From an uncultured Gammaproteobacteria bacterium (GTDB lineage Bacteria > Pseudomonadota > Gammaproteobacteria > JACCXJ01): a stretch of 64,000 nt of DNA. The stretch lies in assembly GCA_963764725.1 (NCBI GenBank), contig CAVXTM010000018.1, positions 416,001 to 480,000 on the forward strand, in the 5' to 3' direction. Positions 1 through 11,544 of this stretch are shown here, one piece after another. The notes beneath the pieces were generated by a model. It did no database searches. It saw only the letters and a list, made by a program, of their open reading frames with translations, and was not told where the DNA came from. The translations under genes and the position numbers were made by a program. Within the stretch, counting starts at the first letter, position 1. The number at the start of each line of letters is the position of its first letter.

Positions 1-7
1 TATTCAT
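1..7 (-). CDS. hupB: Start of a gene running off the left edge, probably DNA-binding protein HU (M-N-...)
   Basis: Minus strand reads GGGAGG-caagcgt-ATG AAT A: strong SD and an MN(K)-type start. It lies directly downstream of lon, the conserved clpP-clpX-lon-hupB order. Only 2 codons are visible. Confidence 0.55.
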
Positions 8-116
8 ACGCTTGCCTCCCTTGTCGAAGCAGTTTTGGAGTCTTTGTAGTCAGTCGCGCTATACCCAGGATCTCGATAACGTTGCGGCAGAACGGCGTTG
101 GATGGCGCGGCGATGT

Positions 117-145
117 GTTATACCAACTCGCCTAAAACGCGTCAA
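117..145 (-). promoter_or_regulatory. Sigma70 promoter for the gene at the left edge
   Basis: Minus strand TTGACG (145-140), 17 bp spacer, then TG-g-TATAAC (122-117), an extended -10. Confidence 0.6.
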
Positions 146-212
146 GCAAGCAATTAGCGGCCCCGGCGTCCCGCTTGCCCGCTCGCTCGTCTGAGTTTGC
201 GGCAGCCGTACC

Positions 213-2618
213 TTAATGCGGTCTGATGGCATCCTTGCCCGGCTCGACGCCTGATGACTCCGGGGTGATGGCGTCGAGCGGCTCGCTCGCCGAGGCTACG
301 GGTTCCGGCATATGTTGCAAGGCCAAGGTCAGGACTTCGTCGATCCAGGTCACGGGTTTGATATCGAGGTTCTGCTTTATGTTCTTCGGCACATCTTCCA
401 GTTCCCGTTGATTCTCGGCGGGAATGAGAACCACCTTGATCCCGCCGCGCAACGCGGCGAGGAGCTTTTCTTTCAACCCGCCTATCGGCAGAACTTCACC
501 GCGTAAGGTTATCTCCCCGGTCATGGCGACACTCGAGCGTACGCGGATCCCGGTCAACGCCGAGACCAGCGCCGCGCACATAGCGACGCCGGCGCTCGGT
601 CCGTCCTTTGGCGTTGCGCCTTCCGGCACATGGAAGTGAACGTCATGCTGGCGATAAAAGGCTGGATCGATACCCAGATTCGCCGCGCGGCTGCGCACCA
701 CGGTCATGGCGGCTTTAATGGATTCCTGCATCACCTCGCCTAGCTGCCCAGTATAGGTCTCCTTGCCCTTGCCTGGAACGACCGCGGCTTCGATTGTCAA
801 TAAATCCCCTCCGACCTCGGTCCACGCCAGCCCCGTGACTTGGCCGACGCGGTCCTCTTCTTCGGCCAAACCATAGCGGAAGCGCTTTACACCAAGATAT
901 TTATGCAAGCTTTTCGGCGTGACGGCGACCATTTTTTCGGTGGGCTTCAAAAGCACGCGCTTCACGACTTTGCGGCAGATATTGGCGATCTCGCGTTCCA
1001 AATTCCGCACGCCCGCCTCGCGCGTGTAATAGCGGATCATCTCCCGGACGGCCGGCTCGGTAATCAAAATTTCGTTATCACGCAGCCCGTTGTTTTTCTC
1101 TTGCTTGGGAATGAGGTATTTATCGGCGATATTGACTTTTTCGTCTTCGGTGTAACCCGGGATGCGGATGACCTCCATACGATCGAGCAAGGGCGGCGAA
1201 ATGTTGAGAGTGTTCGCCGTTGTGACGAACATCACCTCCGATAAATCGTAATCGACCTCGAGATAATGGTCGTTGAACGTATGGTTCTGCTCCGGATCGA
1301 GGACCTCCAACAACGCGGAGGCCGGGTCGCCGCGAAAGTCCGCGGAGATCTTGTCGATCTCATCCAATAACAAGAGCGGATTCTTGGCCCCCCCTTTGGC
1401 CATGACCTGCAGGATCTTACCCGGCATCGAACCGACATAGGTGCGCCGGTGGCCGCGTATCTCCGCCTCGTCGCGCACACCGCCCAGCGACATGCGCACG
1501 AAGGTGCGGTTGGTCGCGCGCGCGATCGATCGCCCTAGCGAGGTCTTGCCCACGCCCGGCGGACCCACCAAGCATAGGATGGGGCCCTTGGATTTCTTGA
1601 CCCGCTGCTGCACGGCAAGGTATTCCAGGATCCGTTCCTTCACCTTTTCCAGCCCGTAGTGGTCCTCCTCGAGAATGGATCCCGCTTGGGACAGATCGCG
1701 GCTGATTTTCGTGCGCTTTTTCCATGGCACGCTCACCATCCAATCGACGTAATTCCGAACCACGGTCGCTTCCGCGGACATGGGCGACATCATCTTGAGC
1801 TTTTTCAACTCCGCCAGCGCCCGATCCTTGGCTTCCTTGGGCATTCCGGCCTTCTCGATCGTTCTGGCCAGCTCATCGAGCTCGCTGCCGCCTTCTTCGA
1901 GATCCCCAAGCTCCTTTTGTATGGCCTTCATTTGTTCGTTCAAATAATATTCACGTTGACTCTTCTCCATCTGCCGTTTCACGCGCCCTCGCAGGCGCTT
2001 TTCCACTTGGAGGAGATCGAGCTCGCTCTCAAGGACCCCGACCAACTGTTCCAGACGATTGGAAAGATTGGTGACCTCAAGGAGCTTTTGTTTTTGCTCG
2101 AGCTTAATCGACAGGTGGGCGGCGATGGTGTCGCCCAACCGCTCCGGATCGTCGATGGACGATAAGCTCGCAATGATTTCCGCCGGGATTCTCTTGTTAA
2201 GCTTGACGTATTGGTCGAACTGCTCGAGCAGCGTCCTGCACAACACCTCCGCCTCTCGCGGGTCGATCTCGTCGGAACTCGGAAACTCCACCTTCGCGTT
2301 GAACAAACGCTCGGTCTCTGTAAATGCGAGGATCCGCGCGCGGCGCACCCCTTCCACCAGCACCTTGATCGTGCCGTCGGGTAACTTCAACAGTTGCAGG
2401 ATGTTCGATAAGGTTCCTACCCAATGGAGATCGTCGGCATCCGGGTTATCGTCCGCCGCGCTCTTTTGGGCGACGAGCACGATTTGCTTGCCCCCGTCCA
2501 TCGCTTGTTCAAGTGCCTTGACCGACTTCTGCCTGCCCACGAACAGTGGGATCACCATATGCGGATAGACCACCACATCGCGCAGCGGCAATACGGGCAC
2601 TATCGTCTGTTCAGTCAT
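213..2618 (-). CDS. lon: ATP-dependent Lon protease
   Basis: LPLRDVVVYP N-domain, Walker A GPPGVGKTS, catalytic PKDGPSAG. Start set at MTEQ (2618) behind a GAAGGAAGG purine run. Confidence 0.98.
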   Translation of the reverse strand: MTEQTIVPVLPLRDVVVYPHMVIPLFVGRQKSVKALEQAMDGGKQIVLVAQKSAADDNPDADDLHWVGTLSNILQLLKLPDGTIKVLVEGVRRARILAFTETERLFNAKVEFPSSDEIDPREAEVLCRTLLEQFDQYVKLNKRIPAEIIASLSSIDDPERLGDTIAAHLSIKLEQKQKLLEVTNLSNRLEQLVGVLESELDLLQVEKRLRGRVKRQMEKSQREYYLNEQMKAIQKELGDLEEGGSELDELARTIEKAGMPKEAKDRALAELKKLKMMSPMSAEATVVRNYVDWMVSVPWKKRTKISRDLSQAGSILEEDHYGLEKVKERILEYLAVQQRVKKSKGPILCLVGPPGVGKTSLGRSIARATNRTFVRMSLGGVRDEAEIRGHRRTYVGSMPGKILQVMAKGGAKNPLLLLDEIDKISADFRGDPASALLEVLDPEQNHTFNDHYLEVDYDLSEVMFVTTANTLNISPPLLDRMEVIRIPGYTEDEKVNIADKYLIPKQEKNNGLRDNEILITEPAVREMIRYYTREAGVRNLEREIANICRKVVKRVLLKPTEKMVAVTPKSLHKYLGVKRFRYGLAEEEDRVGQVTGLAWTEVGGDLLTIEAAVVPGKGKETYTGQLGEVMQESIKAAMTVVRSRAANLGIDPAFYRQHDVHFHVPEGATPKDGPSAGVAMCAALVSALTGIRVRSSVAMTGEITLRGEVLPIGGLKEKLLAALRGGIKVVLIPAENQRELEDVPKNIKQNLDIKPVTWIDEVLTLALQHMPEPVASASEPLDAITPESSGVEPGKDAIRPH

Positions 2619-2733
2619 CTTGTCATGCCTTCCTTCGCCGGGTAACGAGTTAGATCGAACCACTCATACGTAACGCACGCGCGCTCAGCGCTTGAGAATT
2701 AATCTACTGCACATCGCTGCGTCGGGTGCTCGC

Positions 2734-4014
2734 TCAATCCGATGCCGCTTTGGAGATTTCAGCACTCTCGTAAATATACAGAGGTTTCGATTCTCCCTTG
2801 ATGACCGCGTCGTTGACCACCACCTTGACCACGTTCTCGAGCGAAGGCAACTCGAACATGGTGTCGAGTAAATTGTGCTCGAGGATCGAACGCAGTCCGC
2901 GCGCCCCGGTTTTCCGCTCAACCGCTTTACGGGCGACGGCACGCAAGGACTCGTCCCGGAACTCCAAGGCGCACCCTTCCATCTCAAAGAGCCTTGCATA
3001 CTGTTTGGTGATCGCGTTCTTCGGTTCGGTAAGGATTTGGATCAGCTGTGTTTCGTCCAATTCGTCCAGCACGGCAATCACCGGGAGCCGTCCGACGAAC
3101 TCGGGGATCAGCCCATACTTCATGAGATCCTCCGGTTCGACTTGGTGCAAAAGCTCGCTCATGCTTTTCTTGTCGTCCTTACTCTTGACCTCCGCAGAGA
3201 AACCGATCCCACCCCTTTCGGAACGCGCGCGAACGATCTTTTCCAGGCCCGAGAAAGCTCCGCCGCAAATAAACAGGATATTGCTCGTATTGACCTGCAG
3301 GAATTCCTGCTGCGGGTGCTTGCGGCCCCCCTGCGGAGGTACCGAGGCGATCGTACCCTCAATGAGTTTCAGCAGCGCTTGCTGTACGCCTTCTCCCGAT
3401 ACGTCCCGCGTAATCGAGGGATTATCGGACTTGCGGGAAATCTTATCGATTTCGTCGATGTAGACGATCCCGGTTTGCGCCTTCTCGACATCGTAGTCGC
3501 ATTTTTGCAGGAGCTTTTGGATGATATTCTCGACATCTTCGCCTACGTAACCCGCTTCGGTTAAGGTCGTCGCGTCGGCAATCGTAAAAGGGACGTTGAG
3601 AAGCCGCGCCAAGGTCTCGGCCAAGAGTGTTTTTCCGCTGCCGGTTGGACCGACCAACAGCACATTGCTCTTGGCGAGCTCTACATCGTTTTGCTTGATG
3701 CGTGAGGTCAATCGCTTGTAATGATTGTACACGGCAACCGACAGGATTTTCTTGGCCCGGTCCTGACCGATGACGTATTCGTTTAGTATGTGCCGGATCT
3801 GCTGCGGCGCCGGCAGCTTTTTGTTTCCTCCCGCAGCGGATTTGCCGTGCATCTCCTCGCGGATGATATCGTTGCAAAGCTCCACGCACTCATCACAGAT
3901 GAACACCGACGGACCGGCGATAAGCTTGCGCACCTCATGCTGACTCTTACCGCAGAATGAACAATACAAGAGCCGTTCTCCGTCACCGCCTCTAGACTGT
4001 TTGCCGTCGTTCAT
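2734..4014 (-). CDS. clpX: ClpX ATPase subunit
   Basis: CSFC...CDEC zinc finger, [11 protein letters not shown] loop. Confidence 0.99.
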   Translation of the reverse strand: MNDGKQSRGGDGERLLYCSFCGKSQHEVRKLIAGPSVFICDECVELCNDIIREEMHGKSAAGGNKKLPAPQQIRHILNEYVIGQDRAKKILSVAVYNHYKRLTSRIKQNDVELAKSNVLLVGPTGSGKTLLAETLARLLNVPFTIADATTLTEAGYVGEDVENIIQKLLQKCDYDVEKAQTGIVYIDEIDKISRKSDNPSITRDVSGEGVQQALLKLIEGTIASVPPQGGRKHPQQEFLQVNTSNILFICGGAFSGLEKIVRARSERGGIGFSAEVKSKDDKKSMSELLHQVEPEDLMKYGLIPEFVGRLPVIAVLDELDETQLIQILTEPKNAITKQYARLFEMEGCALEFRDESLRAVARKAVERKTGARGLRSILEHNLLDTMFELPSLENVVKVVVNDAVIKGESKPLYIYESAEISKAASD

Positions 4015-4081
4015 TGGCCACCTCTAGGCATTAGGGATTTAACCTTTCAGGGGTGATCTTTAGCCCCTGATCCATAGCAAT

Positions 4082-4720
4082 CTACAAGCCACCCACCGGA
4101 CGTTGCGCGCGTTGATAGAGCACATCATCTATCAACCCATACTCCTTGGCTTCCTCGGCCCCCATGAAATTATCCCGCTCCGTGTCCGCTTCGATTTTCT
4201 TCAGTGCTTGCCCGGTATGCCGCGCGAGTATCTGATTCAAGCGTTCCCGCGCTTTTAATATCTCGCGCGCGTGGATGTCGATATCGGATGCCTGGCCCTG
4301 AAAGCCACCGAGCGGTTGATGAATCATGAGGCGCGAGTGCGGTAGGCAGTGGCGCTTGCCTTTCGTTCCGCCGGCGAGCAGCAGCGCTCCCATGCTCGCG
4401 GCCTGCCCGACACACATGGTACTGACGCTGGGCTTGATAAACTGTATGGTGTCATAGACTGCCAGGCCCGCGCTCACGGAACCCCCAGGCGAATTAATAT
4501 ACAGATGCACATCCTTGTCCGGGTTCTCCGACTCCAAAAACAACAACTGGGCCACGATCAGGTTGGCCACTTCATCCGTCACCGGCCCGACGAGAAACAC
4601 CACCCGCTCCTTGAGAAGCCGGGAGTAAATGTCGTAGGCGCGCTCACCCCGCGCCGACTGTTCAACAACAATCGGCACCAGGTTGAGCCCTCTTAGCGTG
4701 GATTTCTCAGTCTCGTACAC
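4082..4720 (-). CDS. clpP: ClpP proteolytic subunit
   Basis: [28 protein letters not shown]. Confidence 0.99.
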   Translation of the reverse strand: MYETEKSTLRGLNLVPIVVEQSARGERAYDIYSRLLKERVVFLVGPVTDEVANLIVAQLLFLESENPDKDVHLYINSPGGSVSAGLAVYDTIQFIKPSVSTMCVGQAASMGALLLAGGTKGKRHCLPHSRLMIHQPLGGFQGQASDIDIHAREILKARERLNQILARHTGQALKKIEADTERDNFMGAEEAKEYGLIDDVLYQRAQRPVGGL

Positions 4721-4722
4721 GG

Positions 4723-6066
4723 TTAATCCCTTTTATCCCTTGCCTTTGCTTCTTGGTCAGTCTGCCGTGGATTCATCAGCGCGTCAAACGTCAACGCTTG
4801 TTCCTTGACCTTAGCTCGACTAAGCACCCAGTTTACCACCTCGTTTTCAAGGATCAGGGCTTCGACGCCCGCGAGACGCTTGCGATCCTCGTAATACCAT
4901 TTAACCACGGCCGCGGCGTCCTCGAAACCCACCGCCATGCTTTCGACGGCGGATCTCAGCATCGATGAGCTCACTACCAACCCAATAGTTCTTACCAACT
5001 CGCCTATGATGAGGCCGACCGCAACCCGCCACCGGGCGCGCTCCTCGAACAGTTCGACAGGGGGCATCTCAATCCGTTCTTGCTTGCCGCCTCGCAGCAC
5101 CAGAGTACGATAGGCTTCATCCCGGAGACTCTGGGCTTCGGCGTGGACCAACGCCTTTGGCAATTCCATCGGGTTGGCTTCGAACAGCGCCTCCATGACA
5201 CCGGTTTTTGTCCGCATTTGCAGGCGCTCATTGCGCTCACTTTCGAGGCTCGCGCGCACCCTTGCGCGCACCTCGTCCGCTCCACCCGGCTCGATTCCTA
5301 GGCGCTTGGGCAACCCCTCATCCAACGAGGGCAACACGGGTTCTGCGACACTCAAGCACTGGATCAGGAACCGGGCCGGCTTCCCGGCGAGATCGGAGTT
5401 CTGGGAATCCGCCGGAAAAGTGAGATCCGCGCTGCGTTCCGCGCCGGGCTCAAGCCCTACCAGTACTTCCTCGAATCCAGGCAACAGATTGGATGCGCCT
5501 AGTTCCAATGTGAAACCGGACGCGTGGCTGCCTGCGAAAGGTAGGCCTGCGACGCTACCCTGAAAATCAATCTCCAAACGGTCTCCGCGTTGCGCCGGCC
5601 GCTCTACTTTTTCCCAACCGCGATACCGCTGTTGCAGCGCATGGATCGCTTTATCCACATCCTCATCGGTAACGTCGCAAACCGGTCTTATGACCTGCAG
5701 ATCTTCGACCGGAAGCAGCTTGACTTCGGGGTAGATTTCGAATGTCGCCTTGTAGATCAATCCCTGGCCAGGCGCGGCCGCGAGGGGCTCGATGGCGGGA
5801 TCTCCCACCGGCCGAATGTTCTCCTTGCGAATCGCCTCCGCATAACTGGAGCGCAGGATATCGTCCAGCACCTCTTGACGCAGTTGTTCGCCGAAACGAC
5901 GCTGCACCAGGTTCATGGGCACCTTGCCGACGCGAAAGCCGTCAATCCTGGCGGTTCGTGTTAACTTCACGAGCCGCTGCTTTAGCTCCGAAGCGATGTT
6001 TTCCTCGGGGATCTCGATGGTGATGCGGCGCTCGAGCGCTCCGATCGTTTCCAATGAAGCCTGCAT
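4723..6066 (-). CDS. tig: Trigger factor
   Basis: GFRxGKVP ribosome-binding motif, FKBP-like middle domain, upstream of clpP. Confidence 0.96.
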   Translation of the reverse strand: MQASLETIGALERRITIEIPEENIASELKQRLVKLTRTARIDGFRVGKVPMNLVQRRFGEQLRQEVLDDILRSSYAEAIRKENIRPVGDPAIEPLAAAPGQGLIYKATFEIYPEVKLLPVEDLQVIRPVCDVTDEDVDKAIHALQQRYRGWEKVERPAQRGDRLEIDFQGSVAGLPFAGSHASGFTLELGASNLLPGFEEVLVGLEPGAERSADLTFPADSQNSDLAGKPARFLIQCLSVAEPVLPSLDEGLPKRLGIEPGGADEVRARVRASLESERNERLQMRTKTGVMEALFEANPMELPKALVHAEAQSLRDEAYRTLVLRGGKQERIEMPPVELFEERARWRVAVGLIIGELVRTIGLVVSSSMLRSAVESMAVGFEDAAAVVKWYYEDRKRLAGVEALILENEVVNWVLSRAKVKEQALTFDALMNPRQTDQEAKARDKRD

Positions 6067-6108
6067 TGATCCCTACCTGTCACAAAGCGGCGGCATGATT
6101 TACGCGGC

Positions 6109-6195
<87 letters not shown>

Positions 6196-6340
6196 ACATA
6201 AGAAGTCCACGCATCCAGTTTGAATCTCGCCAGCCAGGATAGCATCTAACGGTTTAATGAAAAACCACCTACCGGACATCAAGTACGTCATCACCGCGCC
6301 CACGGTCAACGATTCTCACCAGTGCAACGAAACTCGCTGG

Positions 6341-9103
6341 TCAGCGCAACGATTCGACGCGCTTGCGTTGCTCCCGCAGCCGAGTGAGGGCGCGCGTCAA
6401 CTCTTCGCAGCGTTGTTGCTCCTTGGCTACGACCGCACTCGGCGCGCGTTCGAGAAACTCTTGATTCTCCAGTTTTTGCGTTGCCCGCGTGCAATCGTGT
6501 TCCAGCTTTTCGACCTCGGCATTGAGCCGCCGCAGCTCCGCCTCGCAATCGATGAGGCCCGCTAAGGGAATGAACAGGCTCAGCCCTCCCGCTAAAGCCG
6601 CAGCCATATCCGCGGAAGGCGTGCCCGTGAGGGTTTGCAGCGATGAGATGTGGCCAAGGTGCATGATAAACAGACGATTGTTTTCCAGCCATTGATGCTC
6701 GGCGCCGGATCCATGCTCTGTCAGCACCGCCAAAGGCTTGCCCGGCGCAATATCCATCTCCGCGCGTACGCGCCGCACAGCGAGAACAAAACTCCTCACC
6801 CAATTGAATTCCTCCACCGCGGCGGTGTCGATTTCGAATGCCCCGGGCGCAGGATAAGCTTGCAATAGGATCGAATCGCCGCTGACGCCCGCGAGCGGCG
6901 CGACCCGTTGCCAGATCTCCTCGGTGACAAATGGAATGATCGGATGCGCCAGCCTCAGCAAGGTCTCAAGCACCTCAACCAGAGTCCGTAAACATCCGCG
7001 CCGCACCCGCTCGTCAGTAGCGTGGTTCAGCGCAGCCTTGGACCATTCGAGGTACCAGTCACAATATTCGTCCCAGGTGAACTCGTAGATCGCCTGGGCC
7101 GCGAGGTCGAAGCGGTAAGTCCTGAAGGCCTCGATGGCAGCTTGTTGCGCGTGGAGCAAACGCGATCGGATCCAGCGCTCCCCCAAGTCGTTATCATACG
7201 CTCCTTCGGTGCTGACGGCCGCTTTGCCCCCGGTGGCGAGCAGCACGTAGCGTGCGGCGTTCCAGAGCTTATTGCAAAAGTTCCGGTAGCCTTCGATACG
7301 GCCGAGATCAAAGCGGATATCCCGACCCTGAGTGGCCAGCGCCGCGAAAGTAAAGCGGAGGGCATCGGCGCCGTACGCCCCGATACCCCGCGGAAATTGC
7401 TTGCGCGTGGCACGCTCGATGTTAGCGGCGTCTGCGGGCTGCATGAGACCCGTTGTACGTTTCGCGACCAACGCATCAAGCTCGATGCCGTCGATGAGAT
7501 CGAGCGGATCGAGGATGTTGCCTTTGGATTTCGACATCTTGTCGCCGTCGGCGTCGCGCACCAGTCCATGGATATAAACCTCCTTGAACGGGACCTGCTG
7601 CGTAAACTTGAGCCCCATCATGATCATCCTGGCCACCCAGAAGAAGATGATGTCAAACCCGGTCACCAAGGCATCGGTCGGGTAAAAGCGCCGCAACTCA
7701 TCGGTCTCCTCCGGCCAGCCCAAGGTCGAGAACGGCCAGAGCGCCGATGAAAACCAGGTATCGAGCACGTCGGGATCCTGGGCCAGAGCTTGTCCGTCGG
7801 GGATCCCATGGCGGGCGCGTGCCTCGGCCTCGGTGCGGCCGACATAGGCGTGGCCTTGATCGTCATACCAGGCGGGGATCCGGTGTCCCCACCAAAGTTG
7901 CCGTGAAATGCACCAATCCTTGATGTTGCGCATCCATTCGAAGTAGGTCTTCGCCCAAACGTCCGGGACGAACCGGACGGCACCCTCCTCGACTGCGCGA
8001 ATTGCGGGCTCGGCGAGCGGCGCTACGCGCACGAACCACTGGTCGGTAAGATAGGGTTCAAGGACCGCGTTCGAGCGATCCCCGCGCGGCACCGCATGCT
8101 TGTAGTCCTCGACCCGTTCGAGCAGCCCTTGTTGCTCCAAATCGTGCACGATGCGCGTGCGCGCCTCGAAGCGATCAAGACCGCGATAGGCCGGAGGCGC
8201 TTCGGCATTGAGCAGCGCGCGCTTGGTGAAGATACTAATCAACGGCAACTTGTGTCTGACCCCGACTTCATAGTCGTTGAAATCATGCGCCGGCGTGATC
8301 TTCAAGCACCCCGACCCGAACTCCTTATCGACATAGGGATCGCCGATCACTGGAATGTTCCGGCCGGTGAGCGGCAATTGCACCTCTTGACCGATATAAG
8401 ACTGGAAGCGCACATCCTCGGGATGGACCGCCACCGCGACATCGCCCAACATGGTCTCAGGTCGGGTGGTGGCCACGACCAGATGCCCTTCCGCACGTGC
8501 CAGTGGGTAACGGATGTGCCAGAGATGACCTTGCTCCTCGGTGGCTATCACCTCGAGATCTGAAAGGGCCGTTAGCAAAACCGGGTCCCAGTTCACGAGC
8601 CGCTGCCCGCGGTAAATAAGTCCGTCCTCGTAGAGGCGCACGAATACCTCCGTCACCGTCGCGGATAAACCGGGATCCAAGGTGAAGCGCTCCCGCGACC
8701 AGTCCATCGCGGCGCCCAAACGCCGAAGCTGACGGGTAATCGTGTCGCCCGACCGCTCTTTCCAGCTCCATACCGCCTGCGTGAACGCTTCTCGCCCCAT
8801 CTCCTGGCGAGTGCGCCCTTGCTTGGCCATCTGGCGCTCGACCACCATCTGGGTCGCGATCCCGGCGTGGTCGGTGCCGCATTGCCAGAGTGTGCTGCGA
8901 CCCCGCATGCGGTGATAGCGGATTAAGCAGTCCATAAGCGTGTCTTGGAATGCATGCCCCATGTGCAGGCTGCCGGTGATATTGGGCGGCGGAAGCATGA
9001 TGCAGTATGCGGACCCGCAACCCTGCGGCACGAAATAGCCGCGGCTTTCCCAGGTGTCGTACCAATGCTGTTCGATGTCCTTGGGATCGTAGGTCTTGTC
9101 CAT
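6341..9103 (-). CDS. valS: Valine--tRNA ligase; canonical portion begins MDKTYDP at 9103, and the frame stays open upstream to 9448/9478
   Basis: [32 protein letters not shown]-terminal coiled coil. Confidence 0.98.
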   Translation of the reverse strand: MDKTYDPKDIEQHWYDTWESRGYFVPQGCGSAYCIMLPPPNITGSLHMGHAFQDTLMDCLIRYHRMRGRSTLWQCGTDHAGIATQMVVERQMAKQGRTRQEMGREAFTQAVWSWKERSGDTITRQLRRLGAAMDWSRERFTLDPGLSATVTEVFVRLYEDGLIYRGQRLVNWDPVLLTALSDLEVIATEEQGHLWHIRYPLARAEGHLVVATTRPETMLGDVAVAVHPEDVRFQSYIGQEVQLPLTGRNIPVIGDPYVDKEFGSGCLKITPAHDFNDYEVGVRHKLPLISIFTKRALLNAEAPPAYRGLDRFEARTRIVHDLEQQGLLERVEDYKHAVPRGDRSNAVLEPYLTDQWFVRVAPLAEPAIRAVEEGAVRFVPDVWAKTYFEWMRNIKDWCISRQLWWGHRIPAWYDDQGHAYVGRTEAEARARHGIPDGQALAQDPDVLDTWFSSALWPFSTLGWPEETDELRRFYPTDALVTGFDIIFFWVARMIMMGLKFTQQVPFKEVYIHGLVRDADGDKMSKSKGNILDPLDLIDGIELDALVAKRTTGLMQPADAANIERATRKQFPRGIGAYGADALRFTFAALATQGRDIRFDLGRIEGYRNFCNKLWNAARYVLLATGGKAAVSTEGAYDNDLGERWIRSRLLHAQQAAIEAFRTYRFDLAAQAIYEFTWDEYCDWYLEWSKAALNHATDERVRRGCLRTLVEVLETLLRLAHPIIPFVTEEIWQRVAPLAGVSGDSILLQAYPAPGAFEIDTAAVEEFNWVRSFVLAVRRVRAEMDIAPGKPLAVLTEHGSGAEHQWLENNRLFIMHLGHISSLQTLTGTPSADMAAALAGGLSLFIPLAGLIDCEAELRRLNAEVEKLEHDCTRATQKLENQEFLERAPSAVVAKEQQRCEELTRALTRLREQRKRVESLR

Positions 9104-9448
9104 GGTGATTGCTTCGGGCGGATTTCGTGCTATCGATCCGGTATGTGCGGATGCGCTGGCCGGCGCGGCGGCGGGCAGGCCACGCAAGGCTCTGATCTCG
9201 GTCAGAATGCGATGGGTGGCGTGCGCGATCTGAACTGAAATAATACGCTGCATGTGGCCGGTGATGCGCACCGCGAGCGCCTCGAGCTGCGGCGGGTCCA
9301 ACGGCGGCATCGCTGGCAAAGTCGAAACGCGATCTTGAACCACCACATCCTTAAGCACCGGGATCTCGGCCTCACCGTCGGCTCGCGCTGACTCCAAAGC
9401 TACGCGGTCGGGTGGCGGGTAGTTATCCTCGGCCGGCGACGCCGGCAT
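9104..9448 (-). CDS. Pro/acidic-rich small domain with IPVLKDVV motif, in frame with valS and with no stop between them (possible N-terminal fusion)
   Basis: ATG at 9448 lies 7 nt after the holC stop. It resembles small proteins encoded after holC in other proteobacteria (DUF2486-like, from recall). Confidence 0.55.
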
Positions 9449-9455
9449 GGAAGCA

Positions 9456-9902
9456 TCAGGACGCACCGGATCGCTCATGTGCCGCGTGAAGCCGATGCGT
9501 TTTCAGCGTATAACCGGCCTGCCGATAGGTTCGATAACGCCCTCGCGCTTCCTCACGTTGCGCGGGATCGCAATCGACCACCTCGATGAGGCGCTCGAAT
9601 GGCCCACTAGGGGCGGCAACGCTCATGTTGACCAAGATCTCGGCGTGCGGGCGCTCGCCTTGCCATCCAATCAAGATGAGGGTTTCGGGATCGGGATGTT
9701 CATCCCAGCGCTGATGCGGCAGAAAACTGATGTCTTTATGGATCCAAAGCAAGTCATCGATCTGCTCCGCTTGCTCCGCGGACCCAGCAAGAATGCACAC
9801 GCGCTGACCACCCGCGAAGGCCTTGCCGACGAGCGTGCACACGACTTGGCCGCGCGTCCGACCATCGCCCTCCTCCAGGAGGTAGAAATCAACCCGGGGC
9901 AT
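9456..9902 (-). CDS. holC: DNA polymerase III chi subunit
   Basis: [14 protein letters not shown]...SFLPH, R.RYR.YR..GY; pepA-holC-valS synteny. Confidence 0.95.
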   Translation of the reverse strand: MPRVDFYLLEEGDGRTRGQVVCTLVGKAFAGGQRVCILAGSAEQAEQIDDLLWIHKDISFLPHQRWDEHPDPETLILIGWQGERPHAEILVNMSVAAPSGPFERLIEVVDCDPAQREEARGRYRTYRQAGYTLKTHRLHAAHERSGAS

Positions 9903-11403
9903 GGTCCTCGGGCTTGCGTACCCGATCAAGAAGGTATTGAACGAGCAGCGGCACCGGACGGCCCGTCGCGCCTTTCTTGTTTCCCGCACGCCACGCGGTT
10001 CCGGCAATGTCCAAGTGCGCCCATTTCAAATCCTTAGCAAAGCGCGCGAGAAAGCACGCAGCGGTAATACTACCGGCCTCGCGGCCGCCGACATTGGCGA
10101 AGTCCGCGAAGGGACTGTCGAGCTGTTTCTGATAGTCCTCCCAAAGGGGCAGTTGCCAAGCCCGATCGCCGCTCTGCCCGCCCGCGGCGAGCAAGGCCTC
10201 GGCCAAGGGCTTGTGATTGCTCATCAGCCCCGAGGCGTGCTGACCCAACGCGACCACGCAGGCGCCCGTCAGAGTTGCGATATCGATGACCACCGCGGGC
10301 TTGAAGCGTCGAGCATAGGTCAAGGTATCACAAAGGACGAGCCGCCCTTCCGCGTCAGTGTTAAGGATTTCGATCGTCTGGCCCGAGAGGCTAGTCACAA
10401 TATCGCCAGGCTTCACCGCGTTACCGCCGGGCATGTTTTCCGTCGCCGGAATGAGGCCGATTAGGTTGAGCGGCAACTGCAGCTCGGCAATGGCCCGCAG
10501 TGTCCCAAGGACGCTGGCCGCGCCGCACATGTCGTATTTCATCTCATCCATGGCGGCGGCCGGCTTGATCGAAATGCCCCCCGAATCGAAGGTGATCCCC
10601 TTGCCTACCAAGGCTACCGGGGCTTGCGCCGCGCGCCCTCCCCGATACTGCACGATGATCAGCGCCGGTGGCTCGCGGCTGCCGCGAGCCACCGCCAGGA
10701 ACGCTCCCATCCTGAGCCTCTTGATCTGCGCTAGCCCCAAGACCTCAACCTTTAACGCCGCGTAGCGTTTCTGCAGCCGCCGCGCCTCATCCGCGAGATA
10801 GGCCGGGGTGCAATGGTTGCTCGGCAGATTGGCGAGATCTTTCGCCAAACGCACCCCCTCGGCGATGGCTCGGCCATCTCTTAATGCCTCTTCGGCGGCC
10901 GCCGCAGCGCTAGGGTTCGCGATCGCGACCCGCAGCGAGCGCAGAGCCGCCGCGGACGCGTCAGGCTTGCTTTTCAGCCGATCGAAGCGGTAGAGCGTGC
11001 TCTCGGCGGTTTCTACCAGTTGCCTCACCTTCCAGTCGAGGCCGCGATCCGGGATCGGGATCTCCGCGAGGTAGCTTGCAGCTTCCTTCACCCCCGCGTC
11101 GCTTAACGCCGTGACCGCCTTGGCGACGATCTCGCGATACTTGTTGTCGGACAACTCGTTCTCCGGCCCGCATCCGATCAGTAATATGCGCTCGGCCGCC
11201 GTACCGGGTATCTGATGCAGCATCAAGGTTTGGCCGCATCGCCCTTCGAGATCACCGCGCTTGATAATGCGGCTGATATAATGGTGACTGGCTTGGTCCA
11301 GTTGCGCCGCCGTCTCCGTAAGATTGCGCTTATTGAACACCCCGGCTACCACGCAAGGAACCCGCTGCGTATCTGGCGCACCGCTTATGATGGCGAACTC
11401 CAT
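9889..11403 (-). CDS. pepA: Leucyl aminopeptidase (M17)
   Basis: GKGITFDSGG, MKYDMCG, NTDAEGRL. Confidence 0.98.
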   Translation of the reverse strand: MEFAIISGAPDTQRVPCVVAGVFNKRNLTETAAQLDQASHHYISRIIKRGDLEGRCGQTLMLHQIPGTAAERILLIGCGPENELSDNKYREIVAKAVTALSDAGVKEAASYLAEIPIPDRGLDWKVRQLVETAESTLYRFDRLKSKPDASAAALRSLRVAIANPSAAAAAEEALRDGRAIAEGVRLAKDLANLPSNHCTPAYLADEARRLQKRYAALKVEVLGLAQIKRLRMGAFLAVARGSREPPALIIVQYRGGRAAQAPVALVGKGITFDSGGISIKPAAAMDEMKYDMCGAASVLGTLRAIAELQLPLNLIGLIPATENMPGGNAVKPGDIVTSLSGQTIEILNTDAEGRLVLCDTLTYARRFKPAVVIDIATLTGACVVALGQHASGLMSNHKPLAEALLAAGGQSGDRAWQLPLWEDYQKQLDSPFADFANVGGREAGSITAACFLARFAKDLKWAHLDIAGTAWRAGNKKGATGRPVPLLVQYLLDRVRKPEDHAPG

Positions 11404-11544
11404 AGCCCTCTTATGTTGTTATAGTTAACGCTTGAACCGAAATCGGCATTTCAATCGTAACGCGCGTATTATCAGGGTGAATCGCGTCTTAGCGAGCAAG
11501 TGTATTGTTATCGATACCGCAAAGCAAAGCGCACTAGCATCCTC

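Noticed and set aside
4047-4070. TCAGGGG...CCCCTGA hairpin between clpP and clpX
   Set aside because: Short stem with no U-tract and no second copy; insufficient evidence of function.
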